A DNA stretch of 64,000 nucleotides from Gracilinanus agilis (taxonomy: Eukaryota), in NCBI RefSeq assembly GCF_016433145.1, contig NC_058130.1:728200142-728264141 (forward strand), given 5' to 3'. Shown here piece after piece: positions 26,561-38,339 of this stretch. The position numbers were made by a program, and so were the translations under genes. The notes under the pieces are model-generated. The model had not been told where the DNA came from. It saw nothing but the letters and a program-made list of their open reading frames with translations, and searched no databases. Each line of letters begins with the position of its first letter. Positions within the stretch are counted from its first letter, which is position 1.

Positions 26561-27249
26561 GGGGTGTGTGTGTGTGTGTGTGTGTGTGTAATGCAAAAAC
26601 TGGTTTAAGTGATTTTCCTAGGATCACACAGTTAATAAGTATCTGAGATGGAATTTGAACCTTGGTCTTCCTGACTCCAGGACCTGAACTCAAACCACAC
26701 TAATCCGTGCTGCCTTTCTGTGACCTTAGACAGCTCATTTCTTTTTGCCTCAGTTTTCACAATTATAAAATGAGGGAGACTAAGTAATCTCTATGTTTCC
26801 TTTTAGCTCTGAATCTTGTGATTATATAAAGAGATAGAAGTTGAACTAAATCTCAGTAGATGATGGTGGTCAGATTTCAGTAGCTTAACATAGATTCAGA
26901 TTTGGAATCTTTTAAAACTTTAGTTTTGCCAGTGTTTCTTATCCATAGCATCCAAAAGATCCTAAAGATGCTTTGATGCATAGATTTTTCAAAGCAAAAG
27001 AGGAACTTATTAACATCAACTTTAGAGTTGCAAGGTCTAACAACAATAACAATAATAATATTCCTTAGAGAAAAAGCATGGTGAGGGAAAAAACACCAAG
27101 GCAAATCATCAGCAATGAGGCATTGGGTTTGACTAGAATATGGAGATAGGATAGGGCAGTTGGAAATAAGGCTGAAGAGGCAGATAGCAGCCAGATCCCA
27201 GAAGGCTTCCTAAATCAGGCTAAGGCTTAAACCAAGCTGAGCAGTGTTG

Positions 27250-28893
27250 AACTATGAAAGATGTCTCCATAAGATGGACCCAGAATCAGAGCTGGACTTT
27301 GGGTTGGCAATTCAAGGACATGTGGTATGAGATAGAGTAGAGGGAAGGCTTGTTCTAGAAAGAGTGGTGGGGGTGCAGGGGCTACTGTAGTAATCTGAGT
27401 GACAGCTAATGAAGGTATCAAGCTGCCTCCAGATTTTAAAATATGCAGACAAGAGCTCACCATTGCCATCTGTGTGTTCTTTAGTCTGTGTTATAAGACT
27501 ACAGTGGACTGCTACAACTGAACAACTAGACACTATTTTCAAGGACACTGAACTTATATTTTGTTTTTTAATGAAAGGTTTGATTTTCTTGTACATAAAA
27601 GGTTTAAAATAGAATGAGTAATCAATAGGTAAGTGTTTATGTTATGTTATAGGATTTAAGATTTCTGTTTAGAATTGATTATTATTAATATACTTTCATA
27701 GGATTATAGAATGGTGCTGTGGATTTTTAAATTAATATTTAGTAACTATTATATTTTATAAAGTTTATTAATAATAAACTAACATTAAAAAAAAAAAACT
27801 AGAGGGAAAAGGTGCTAAACTCACCCAGCCAGCTCCCAGGAACAAAAGAGAAAGAGGGAGGAGTTACAGCCAAACATAAAACAATAATGTGACCAGGCAA
27901 ATGTGGAGACTCAAGAGAGATTAAAGGAAATTTTGGGAAAACTAAGGGACTTATGGGGTATGAAGTCCAAGGTTCAAAATCTCCATTTATACAGTGCAAA
28001 GTTTTATAAGTGTTGATCAACACCCACCTCAGGAGGGATATTATCCACCTCAAGAGGGGATATAATGTATATATAATGGTCTTGTATATTTTTAGTGAAT
28101 TTGGATGAATATTTTTAGATTTTTTTTCCTATTAAGTATAGTCAGAATTTTGTTATTCTGAATCTGTAAATATCTGTGATGTTACAAGATTTTTTGCTTG
28201 CTTGCTTGCTTTACTTTTCCCTGTTTCTAATATAGAATAGTTTTGTTTGTAAGATCCATTGGGGAGAATATTTTTATGTTAGATGAAGTTACTTAATCTC
28301 ATTCTGTCTCTTTAAGAGACAGTAGCAGATAATTTGCCCTTCATCTCTTTAAGAGGCGGACTATAAAAGAAAAGAAGTCAGTTAAGAGAGAACTCCATTT
28401 CTCTGACTTTCTAGGGAGCAGGAGTTCTGGGGTTCTGGGTCAGTCTCTCTCTGTCAAGAGGATCTGACAGTTTGGATTTGAGAAGAAGTCTATCTCAGAG
28501 TGGTTGTTCTTCTCAGCACTTTGAGGATACAGGAGAACTGTCTGTGTCACTGGGACAGGCAGTTTCACCATTGAGAGTTGAGGAAGAAGAAATACTTTTA
28601 AGGAGGTGTTGGAGATTAATATTAATTGATTTATCTTAGGAAAGATATATAGTGAATTATAATCTTAGCGTAGTTTAGTTAGGCCTGCTTAGTCAGGCAA
28701 GAAGATTCTTAGATTTAGGGTTTCTTAGATATTTTAGCATAGGCTTTAGATTTTTAAGCATAGTTATATGATATAAGTTATACTCTCCTATTTCCTAACC
28801 CTACTCTTCCATGAATAAATAAATAGAGGTGGTTTGCCAAACTGATCTCCACAACTTTTATCCAATTCCCACCAATAATTTTAGCCCACAACA
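27250..28893 (+). mobile_element. ERV-like remnant: probable 3' internal part plus LTR
   Basis: purine-rich tract near 27790-27812, TATA-like ctataaaag ~28361, AATAAATAAA ~28814, end ..cccacaACA; left boundary uncertain. Confidence 0.55.
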
Positions 28894-30259
28894 GCTGGAA
28901 CTTGAGGGTTAAGTCTTTACTATTAGCTAGATAGAGACACATACAGTATTCTGACTGATCAGGTCCTCCTAAGCAGGTTAGCAATGACCCTAGAGGAAGA
29001 TGATCTTCCTGTCAGCTTCTATCTGTATTGCATAGAATGACTGAAGGGCAGGGCAGTCTTCCATTCCTTTGGTGGTTTTGGTGATCTCTGCCCCTCTGTC
29101 ATCTGCTGGCTTAGCTCTCACACAACTTGGTTGATTGGAGGGAGAGTGGAAGGAGCCTTGATTATAGGGTCAAAAGCCCTGGGTTTGCAGCCCAACACTG
29201 CTGCTTATTAGAAGTGGTGCCTTAAGCAGGTCCCTTTGCCTCCCTGGGTCTTGGTTTCTCTTCTGTAAAATGCACTATTAGACCAGATGGTCACTCTAAG
29301 ATCCCTTCTAGCTCTAGTTTTTTTAACTTGTAGGTTAGTAATATGTTAAACCCCCATTTTCCAGATAAAGGAACCGAGATCCAGAGAAATGAACTGACTT
29401 GCTTTATAAGAGGACAACACAAGTATTATGAGTCAGAAGCAGGATTCTAATAATACCACTGACCTTGCCCCTAAAGCCAAGTTGCTAGGCACTTTTTATT
29501 TCTGATTGTGGTAGTTCTACATACTATTGGAAGTGGGAGCTGAGCTCAGTGACTCTAGGAAGTATGAGGTTTGAATTGCTGTTCTGAAACTACTCTGGCT
29601 CTGTACTGGCTGAATACAATGGAGTTTCCTTCTACTTTGACCAACTACCAAATTGTCATTAATATGTTTCTTTAAATAGTCTCTTGTAATCATAACATAG
29701 GTAGAGAAATAATATAATTAATTGAAATAGGCCTACAAATGAGAGATTGTCTACAGGCCTTGATCTGAGTCTCTAAAGCATAGCTTAATGCAGATCCACT
29801 TTTGTAGTGTTTTAAAAGTTTAGTATGTATGTGTAAGTGAGATAATATTTATAAAGTACTTAGCACAGTTCCTAATATGTAGTAGGGACTTAAATTCTTC
29901 ATCCTTCCTTCTTCTCTTCCTTTTTACCTACCTACCTACTCCCCTACCTTGACCAGATAACCCAAGAGATTCCTAGATTTTTATATAAATGGACTTGAGA
30001 ACATAAAATATAAAACATGAAAGGTACTTCATCAGCATTATTTATAATTATAATAAAGGGACATTATTATAATTAATGATTAGAACATTTTAGTTTGCAG
30101 TTTGCAAACAACCTTGGGAGATGGTAATTTTAAACTTATACTCAAACAGGAAAATTGAGGATCAGAGAGAAGAATTGTCTTACCTAGTCACACAACTAGT
30201 AAGTGATAAAGCTGGAATTCAACCCTGTGTGTACTAATCACTGATCTTTCTCTGACTCG

Positions 30260-31480
30260 ATGCTATTCAATATTTTTATCAGGGAGTTGATGTAAGATAA
30301 ATGGCATGTTGAATTTGCAGATGACAAACCTGCAGAAGATAGATAGTACACTCTATGACAGAGTTTATTCCTGAAAAGATCTTGACAAGGCTGAATAATA
30401 GCGGTCTAAATTTATTAGGATGAAATTTAATAGAAATCAATTAAAGTTCTACATTTATGTGAAGGAGACATAGCTAAACATTAGTTTCTTTGAAAAAGAT
30501 GGAGTGGAGGGGCAGGGGGAGGGGGGCGGGGAGGGTAGCTGGGTCGCACAGAGGATAAAGCACCAGGCCAAGAGTCAGAGGACTAGAATTCAAGTTTGGC
30601 TTCATACAAAGTCTATCTGCATGACCCTGGGCAAGTCACTTAAATCCCCCATTGCCTAGCCCTTGACCTTCTGTCTTAGAATTGATTATAAGATAGGAGG
30701 TTAGAGTTTTTTTTGTTTTTTGTTTTGTTTTTTTAAAGAAGGAAAGAAAAGGTAAAAGATCTTGGGGGTTTTAGTGGGCTACAAGTTGAAAATGAGTCAA
30801 CAATGTGACATGACACTATCCTAAGCTGAATTAGGAATGACTGTGTCAAGGATGCAAGGGAAATCATTCTCTATACTTTGCCCTGGTCAGGTCATGTCTG
30901 TCCACATGTCCTGTCTGACTGCCACATTTTAGGAAATACACAGAGAAGTTTGAAACATATCCAAAAGAGGGCAACTAGTACCATATCCATGGGGATATTT
31001 TCTAACACCTACTAGGGATGGCTAAAACCCTAGATATAAGTTAATGCCTGCTGATTCCATAGAGATGTACTCCCTCTGCTCCTTCCCCTCAGCTCAGTGC
31101 TCTGTGACCTCCCTCCTTCCCCCGCTAAAAAAAATAATAATAATAAAGCAAAAGTAAAAGCAGAAGAGAGAAGGAGGCCCTACTATACTGTGAGAGCTGG
31201 AGAAAGTGCGGGAAGATTAATTAGACTGATGAAACTCGGATTGTTCAGCCTGGAGAAGAGAAGGCTTGGTGGAAGAGAGACATGATAGCAACCTTCAAAT
31301 ATTTGGAGGTCAAAAGGAGCAATGGGTGGTTCAAGAGAGTTCAATTTAGGCCTGATATAAAGAAAAACTAGAGCAGTCCACAAAAATGGAGGAATAGGAC
31401 TCCCAAGGGATTCCTCAGCAGTTGATAGATTTCCCCCTCACTAGAAGTCTCCTATCCTAAGAATCGGTAAAAATATTGAG
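30260..31480 (+). mobile_element. L3/CR1 LINE ORF2/3' remnant, interrupted
   Basis: tttgcagatgacaaa (FADD RT motif), tgccctggtcagg, ccaaaagagggcaac, ttgttcagcctggagaagagaaggct...gacatgatagcaaccttcaaata. Confidence 0.85.
30535..30720 (+). mobile_element. SINE1_Mdo-like inserted in L3
   Basis: gtagctggg...gaccctgggcaagtcacttaaatccccattgcctagccc; short TSD aaaagat. Confidence 0.8.
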
Positions 31481-31569
31481 GATATTTAGAAGGAATTGTT
31501 ATGTAGTTGAGATGACTATTGAGGTCCCTTTCAGCTCTGAAATCTTGAAATTATATAGGGTATGATCCC

Positions 31570-32010
31570 ATCTATAGATTCTCTTAATCATTGCTTTGTC
31601 ATCTATAGAAGTTCCGAACAGTTTTCTAGTGTTATTTCCTGAATTATAATATTCAGATTTTTTTATTTGTTCCATTCTGATATTTCTCAGATTTTTTTTA
31701 TTTGTCCATTTGTCTAAGACCTATGGTTCTTTAGTTATTTTTATGCATCCTGTTCAATTCCTTTGGCCCTTATCAAATTCACATATTCATTTAACACTGT
31801 TGCCTTTTACTTCTCTGGCCAAATTTTCCTCTACTTCAGTGTTTTTGTGTTACAGATCTCTTACTCTCCCGTAGCTCCTATTTGTTTAGGAATCTCCATC
31901 ATGAATTCAGTTTCCAACATTCTGAGCCATGCCCATTGCTCATTTATTTCTTTACGAATCTTATCTGAGGTACCTCCTAACTCTTTGATTTTTTCTTGAT
32001 GGAGGATTTC
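31570..32010 (-). mobile_element. Old L1 ORF1 (or HAL1) remnant
   Basis: minus translation includes KNLNIIIQEITLENCSELL, resembling L1 ORF1p; many stops. Confidence 0.55.
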
Positions 32011-32075
32011 ACTTTGGACAGAACAGTGAATCATAGGACTTAAAGCTAGAAGAAATCTTAATAGACTCTTTAGCC

Positions 32076-32260
32076 CAGAGTTCTTAAACTTTTTTTTTGT
32101 GTTGTGGACCCTTGGGCAGTCAGTCTGGTAAAATCAATGGACCCTTCTCAGAATAAGGTTTTTAAATGCATACTATCAAATACATATACATGTATATATT
32201 AAAATACAAGAATCAAAATATCTTTAAAATAAGCTCAAGGCCCTAGATTAAAAACCCTTG
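32076..32260. mobile_element. Non-autonomous hAT-Charlie-type DNA transposon
   Basis: cagagttcttaaactt...ggacccttctcagaataaggtttttaaatgcat...gattaaaaacccttg; degenerate TSD ctttagcc/atctagcc after removing the nested MAR1. Confidence 0.75.
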
Positions 32261-32264
32261 ATCT

Positions 32265-32506
32265 TTGTTATTGTTGTTCAGTCATTTTCTGATATGTCTA
32301 ACTCTTTGTAGTTCTCTTGGCAAAGATACTGGAGTGGTTTTCTAATTCCTTCTCCAGTTTACTTTACAGAGAAGGAAACTGAGGCAAACAGGGTTAAGTG
32401 ACTTGCCCAGAGTCACACAACTATTTTTTTCTGGAAATAATCCGAGGCCAAATTTGAACTCTTCCTGACTCACAACCCTGTACTCTAATCATTTTGCCAC
32501 CTATCC
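32265..32506 (-). mobile_element. MAR1 SINE
   Basis: ttgttgttcagtcatttt...cttggcaaagatactggagtggttt; TSD acccttgatct at 32254-32264 and 32507-32517. Confidence 0.9.
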
Positions 32507-33049
32507 ACCCTTGATCTAGCCTAACTCTATTATTTTACAATTAAACAAAGGAAGCCCAAAACACACTGATTTGCTCAAATACATAAAATTGGTTAGGGAC
32601 TGATAGAAGATTTGAACCCAGATCCTTTGACTACAAATTTAGCATTCCTTCTATTTTATTCTGCTACCTCAAAAAGACAATGGGATTGAACAAGCCAAAT
32701 TTAGAGTTAAACCAAAGAGCCAATTCCACCCAGAACAGGGAATTAATGTTGGTATTTAGGAAAGGAAGAAATAAGGTTTGGAAAGTATATAGAGCCTAGA
32801 CTGCAGAGAGCCTTGAATGACAAACAAAGCAAATGTTATTTGAATGTGAGATCTCAGAGGCATAATGGGCAGCCAAAGCAAATACAGGCCCATGCAAATA
32901 TTGAACTTTGTGTGCTGTGGCTCCAGCTGGGGGCTATGAAGCAAGCTAGAAAACTGATAGTACCTGATGGCTTATGGGACAAAGGTGGTAATTGTCAGAA
33001 AGGGCTTTGGCTTTGACCCAAAAGCACTCAATCCACCTGGCACCTACTG

Positions 33050-33420
33050 TCATCTAAAACCTAAAGGAAAAGGGAATAGGCTGGCACAAAGCCATTCCTG
33101 TGAAGCCCAATTCTGCCACCAGGGGAGGTAAATAATTAACTTGCGCTTCCTCTACTGCCACTATTGCTGCACGTGGTCCAGGAATCCTCCAAATGAAATA
33201 AGCAATTGACTGAAGTTGGAGGACTTGTTGATAACATTTTATTGTATAATAAATTAAGCCCACAGAGAGCCCTCTCAGGAGTAAGCAGAACAGCTCGTAC
33301 CTGCATGGCAACAGACTCTGTCCTACACGTCCTTCTTCTTGCTGGAAATAGCTGCTAACCAGAGAAGGGAAAAGGTGATTGGAGCAGACCCAGGGCCTCC
33401 TGGAGCAGGGGAAAACTTTT
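33050..33420. promoter_or_regulatory. TE-free island with CTCF-like, E-box and homeobox motifs; candidate non-coding exons
   Basis: GCCACCAGGGGAGG 33115-33128, TAATTA 33133-33138, CACGTG 33170-33175; minus-strand splice signals. Confidence 0.3.
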
Positions 33421-33649
33421 GCCTTGTAGGCTTTCCTTAGAACTTTTTATTTCTCCCCACAAAACAATGAGTGAGAGAGCCAGGAGAGACCTTACAATAT
33501 AGCATGACAAAGTACTATAGAAGGGACCTAAGAACATAGTTTCCCAGCCCTTCATGACTTCCACTAATGACAATGAAAATGATCAGAGCTGAGATTTATA
33601 TAGCAATTTTACAGTTTCAGGGTACTTTTACATCCATTATGGCATGACT

Positions 33650-34030
33650 AACATTCCACCCTTTTTTATATTCTAAATCCCCTTCATGTGTGCATGTTAA
33701 CCTTGACCCTTTGTCCTAGTATCAGTTCTAAGACAGAAGAGTGGCAAGGGCTAGGCAATTGGGGTTAAGTGGCTTGCCCAGGGCCATACACCTAGGAGGT
33801 GTCTGAGGCTAGATCTGAACCCAGGTCCTCTCTACTCTAGGCCCAGCATTCTATCCATTGTGCCACCTAGCTGCCCCTTCTCCTTCTTTCTTTCCCCCCT
33901 TAAAACCCTTACTATGTCTTAGAATCAATATTGGTTCCAAGGCAGAAGAGTGGTAAGGGTTAAGCAATGGGGAGTCAAGTGACTTGCCCAGGATCACACA
34001 GCTAGGAAATATCTGAGGCCAGATTTAAAC
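33650..34030 (-). mobile_element. Two adjacent SINE1_Mdo-like copies (33650-33878 and partial 33900-34030)
   Basis: both carry agacagaagagtggc/taaggg...gcaat(t)gggg..aagtg(g/a)cttgcccagg. Confidence 0.85.
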
Positions 34031-34554
34031 TGCTATCCCCTTTCTAATATTTCTAACAATAACTTTCATTTACATAGAAGTTTAAGGTTTACAAAGAGCT
34101 TTCTTACTGCAATGTTTTTATGCCTTTACAAGTACCCATTCTACAAATGAGGAATCTGAGATGTGAGAAGACAGGAGGCTCCAAGATGTTAAGTGACTTG
34201 CCTAGGATCACATAGTCAACTAGCATTAAGCACATATGTGCCAGGCACTGTACCTTGGAATATAAAGAAAAGCAAGTAATCCCTGCTTTTAAGGAGCTCA
34301 CAGTCCAATAGGGAGATTACATGCATACCACTATGTACAGACAGGATATAGACAGGATAAACTGGGGGTAGTCTCAGAAAAGAAGAAAAAGATACTAAGA
34401 TTAGAGAGGACTTGGAAAGATACTAAGACTAAAGAGAACAGCTAGTGTCATAGACACAATTTGAATGCAGGTCTACTCACCCCAAATGCAGCATTCTTTC
34501 CTTTATCTCAAACTACCTTTTCATCTACTTCATTTTATGCTGTCTCCCTTCAAA

Positions 34555-34901
34555 TTCTACCACATTATGATTTTGTGAATAAGGACTCTTAATCTGGGCT
34601 TTTCATGAACTTTTATAGAGAAAGATAGATTGTAGTTCAGTAAAACTGGTTTCCTTCATTACCTTATATAATTTATTCTATACTTTTAAAAATATTATTC
34701 TGGGGCAGCTAGGTAGTATAATGGATAGAGTGCCGGGCTTGGAGTGAGGGAAAAGCCTAGGTTCAAATATGACCTCAGATACTTCCTAGCTGTGTGCCTC
34801 TTGGGTATGTCACTTAAACCTGATTGCCTAGCCTTTGTCACTCTTCTGACTTAGAATTGATACTAAAACAGAAGGTAAGGGTTTAAAACAAAACGCACGC
34901 G

Positions 34902-34952
<51 letters not shown>

Positions 34953-35015
34953 CTAAGAAGGGGTCTACAGGTTTCAACAAAATAACCAAAAGAGTCCATG
35001 ATACAGGGTGGGGAC
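34555..35015. mobile_element. hAT-Charlie-type element (same family as 32076, opposite orientation) split by a SINE (~34702-34885) and (TG)n (34904-34950)
   Basis: ggactcttaatctgggc...ctggtttcctt...aaaatattattctg [SINE] ctaagaaggggtctacagg...gtccatgatac. Confidence 0.7.
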
Positions 35016-35989
35016 AGATATGAACATAAGAACCCTTGCTCTGGACTTTTTCCATGCTGAATTATTATTGTTTTTATTGCTACACTGAGTTGCCTTAGCA
35101 CTACTCAGAGTAGATAGTGATCCCAAAAAGGCATTTTGAGGTTTACAAAAAAGATTATACCCTTAAAGATATTAATTTCTTAGCACTCATAGCTTTTAGT
35201 TGGAATCAAGCTATGAGAAAGCAGATTCAGTTGAGATTTAGGTAAAAGAATTCTACCCCTATGCCTTTCACAATCACCCTCAGGAGAAAGTCTTTTTTTT
35301 TTTTTTTTTAACTTATCCTGTTTTATTAACTATTCATCCCCTGTTCCCACACCTACAACTTTCCCAGCCCAGACTGGGACTGCAAAGCATTGCTTGTTTT
35401 CCTTCCAACAACAGTGTTTGCTACATCTCAACAATCTTTACTAGTCTGAAAATCACTCTCCTTGGCAGAGAAAACAGGCAAAATAAGAGGCACTACCTTC
35501 TCTTTGTTGTCCATTATCATTGTCTCATCCACCCAAACTGTCACATCTGTCCTAGAAGAGGGATTTACTCTTTTCTACTAGTCCATGGAAAGTGGAACTA
35601 AGACCAGTGAGTGACTTTTTTTAGAGATTTGCAAATTTTGACTTAATTTCACACCAGCCTCCTTCATTCCACTTACTCTACCTGCCACCAAGTTAGTTGG
35701 GCCTAATTAGTCTAACTAAACTGCTCTAATAGCAGTGTTCTATAGGCTTAGTATTATTGTTGTTAATAATAACAATAATGACAATAACAGCAAAAACAAT
35801 GGTGATAGCCAAAGTTTATGTCAGGATTTTGCTGTGAAAAGCACTTTCACTTCATTTCTTTGATTTGATCCTTGTGTGAATTAGAATGTATGAATGGAAT
35901 GTTAGATTCATTTTATACTTGAGGTCACTGAGACCTAGAGATAAAAGAGATTTTGAATGACATTTATTTCCTCTTTATTCTTTAACTTT

Positions 35990-36250
35990 TTAGGTATATT
36001 TTATTTTTTATTATGAATTTAAATACCAATAAATATAATCATTCCCATATGCAAGAACAGTAAGGGAAGATATATGTCAAACCATAAATTTCTATTATTT
36101 TTAAAGTATATTTCAAATTTAGCACAGTAATACCAACATTTCCCTCATTGTCTATGTCCCTTTCTGACTTTATTTCCTCCCCTTTGTATTTTGAAATATT
36201 TCATTAACACTTTGTTCTGTTTTTCTTTTTTTTCAACACTCTTACTGCAC
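35990..36250 (-). mobile_element. Old marsupial L1 3' end
   Basis: T-rich antisense tail and 3'UTR-like text. Confidence 0.5.
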
Positions 36251-36479
36251 ACCAACTCCCTCCCCACCCCCAACTCCTTCCCTTAGGAATATATTCAGCC
36301 CCGTCTGAATAGGAACCCTCTGTACAACATCCCCAACAAGAAATGATCCAACCTCTTTAAAAACCACCAATGGATATGGACAAATATTTCAATTCATTTA
36401 AATAGTTAAATAGCTATCACATGTATTCATTGAGGCATGGAGGAAACCCTAAGTTCTTCAAGGCTTTGCCAATAGATTA

Positions 36480-37260
36480 CAAACTGGCAAAGTCTACCGT
36501 GCTGGAAAGCCTTCAAGTACAAGCCCAACAACAGACTGCTTTCTGAGGTCCAACCTAGCAAAGAGGCTTAACAGACTGGCTAGCTATTGATTCTTTGCCC
36601 ATGGCAACCCACAAAACAAAACAAAATTACAGACAGGTTCCCCCCTCACCCCAGTATTTCTACATTGATAGTGACAAAAGTGAGCAGAGTACTAAAAGGT
36701 TCAGTGTTTTTACATTGTCTATAAATATTAAATTGTTGGTACTCAATATATTATCCTTATCCAGTTACCAAAGAATCCACATGTTACTGGAGGAACTGAA
36801 TTATATTGATACTGACATCCTCATTCTAAATGAAAGCAAAGACAAAAAAAAAAAAAAAAGTAAGAGTGAAATGGAAGGAGTGCTGGCAGCTTTTCCTTTT
36901 AGCTACAATCAAGGAAAAACATATACACATAAAATCAATTGCAAAAGTAATCCATATGTTAATGGGAAAACATACAAGGCATAAATAGGTTGCTATCTGT
37001 TACCAACAATGAATTATGAGCAAAAAGTGGCATAAAATATGTGTTATAAAGCTGTATGGCAGCCAGAAAAAAGAGATGGAATGATCATGTAGTGAGAGTA
37101 AAAGATGAGTGGACAGACCGTCCCCAGGCTTCCTTGGCACCCACATAATACCAAGAGAACTAAAAGAAAGGAAGAACTCATGGCATACTGGGAGAATCCC
37201 AATGAGGGATTTGCAGACACTTATGGATAATAGGCACACCAGAAAAAGAAATAATGGCTG
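36480..37260 (+). mobile_element. RTE LINE derivative, internally deleted
   Basis: LLVLNILSLSSYQRIHMLLEELNYIDTDILILNE resembles the RTE endonuclease N-terminus; a few hundred bp later cagaaaaaagagatggaatgatcatgtagtgagag resembles the RTE C-terminal KRRWAGHVAR region. Confidence 0.75.
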
Positions 37261-37329
37261 AATGTAACAATTAAAAATGATAAAGGCTGATATGAGGGAA
37301 ATTAGTATTTTAATAAAAGCCATTGCTGA

Positions 37330-37536
37330 GGGGCAGCTGGGTAGCTCAGTGGATTGAGAGCCAGGCCTAGAGACAGGAGGTCCTAGGTTCAAATCCGGCC
37401 TCAGACACTTCCCAGCTGTGTGACCCTGGGCAAGTCACTTGACCCCCATTGCCTACCCTTGCCAATCTTTCACCTATAAGTCAATACACAGAAGTTAAGG
37501 GTTTAAAATTAAAAAAAAAAAAAAAACTTAAAAAAA
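37330..37536 (+). mobile_element. Young SINE1_Mdo, full length
   Basis: ggggcagctgggtagctcagtggattgagagccaggcc...A tail; perfect 15-bp TSD aaaagccattgctga at 37315-37329 and 37537-37551. Confidence 0.97.
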
Positions 37537-37551
37537 AAAAGCCATTGCTGA

Positions 37552-37800
37552 TAAATCGACCATGCGCCTGTAAAAAATTCAAATTGCCACCTCCGCCATT
37601 TTCTTCCATAACTTCCCTCCTCCTCTCAGTCCCCTGGGAGCCCCTAAGGTAGCAAAGAGGGTGTCTCCCGTCCGCCCTCCGAATTTAAGCTGCTCAATAC
37701 ATTGGTTCCCGTTGTCTCATGTTTAACCAGAAACTCATTGGATCACGGGGAATGTAGTCTCAAAGTCCCCACGTGTCCACAGGAAGTTTGTAAGATACTT
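37552..37800 (-). promoter_or_regulatory. Candidate housekeeping-type Pol II promoter (mini CpG island), leftward
   Basis: 9 CpG in ~216 bp; YY1 CCGCCATTTT 37593-37602, GC box 37672-37677, CCAAT(-) 37701-37705 and 37737-37741, ZNF143-like GACTACATTCCCC(-) 37747-37759, CACGTG 37770-37775, ETS CAGGAAGT 37780-37787. Confidence 0.6.
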
Positions 37801-38339
37801 TTAAATGGCACCTCCCTGAATTCCAAACACACATGAATTGATATCTGTGCCATTGATAAACATTGATGGGGTTATAGATCCTTTGAAATATTAGTTTCAA
37901 AGAGAAAGAATATGTTAAATTCCCTGGCTGGGACTATGCATTGCAGTTCACCTGAAAGGCTCATAGATTTAAGAACAAGAAGAGACCTTGAAGGCCCCTG
38001 AATCCAACTTCCTCATTTTACCAATGAGGAAACTGAGGCACAGAGAGGTTCTGCCATTCTGCCATGATGCCTGTCAGGGAATACAAAGTTCTCTAGAATG
38101 AAATGCTAAAGTCAAAACCAGATAATTCAAATGAAGAAGAAAAGAAGGGAAGTTGTTTGAAGGAAAAAGTATATATATGTCCAGGGAATTTCCTAACCAA
38201 TGTGCCATGGTCTTATACGAAAGGTATTAGGAGCTTCAAAGCTGGTAAAGCTGATAAAAATATTAAAAGCAATAAAATATTTTTAGCTCTATCAGTGATG
38301 AGAGAAAAATGTAACAATTCACTGAACACATTCACTATT

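Noticed and set aside
27757-27779. 17-bp near-perfect palindrome gtttatta-a-taataaac
   Set aside because: AT-rich, inside an ERV remnant, and expected by chance.
37000-37392. 130-aa hydrophobic minus-strand ORF next to the promoter
   Set aside because: It starts inside the SINE and runs antisense through the RTE remnant; the hydrophobicity reflects T-rich sequence.
1-37500. KRAB-ZNF exons or intronic snoRNAs expected downstream of a ZNF143/YY1/TCT promoter
   Set aside because: No KRAB-A (VTFxDVAV), C2H2 linker or convincing C/D-box pair found by eye on the minus strand.
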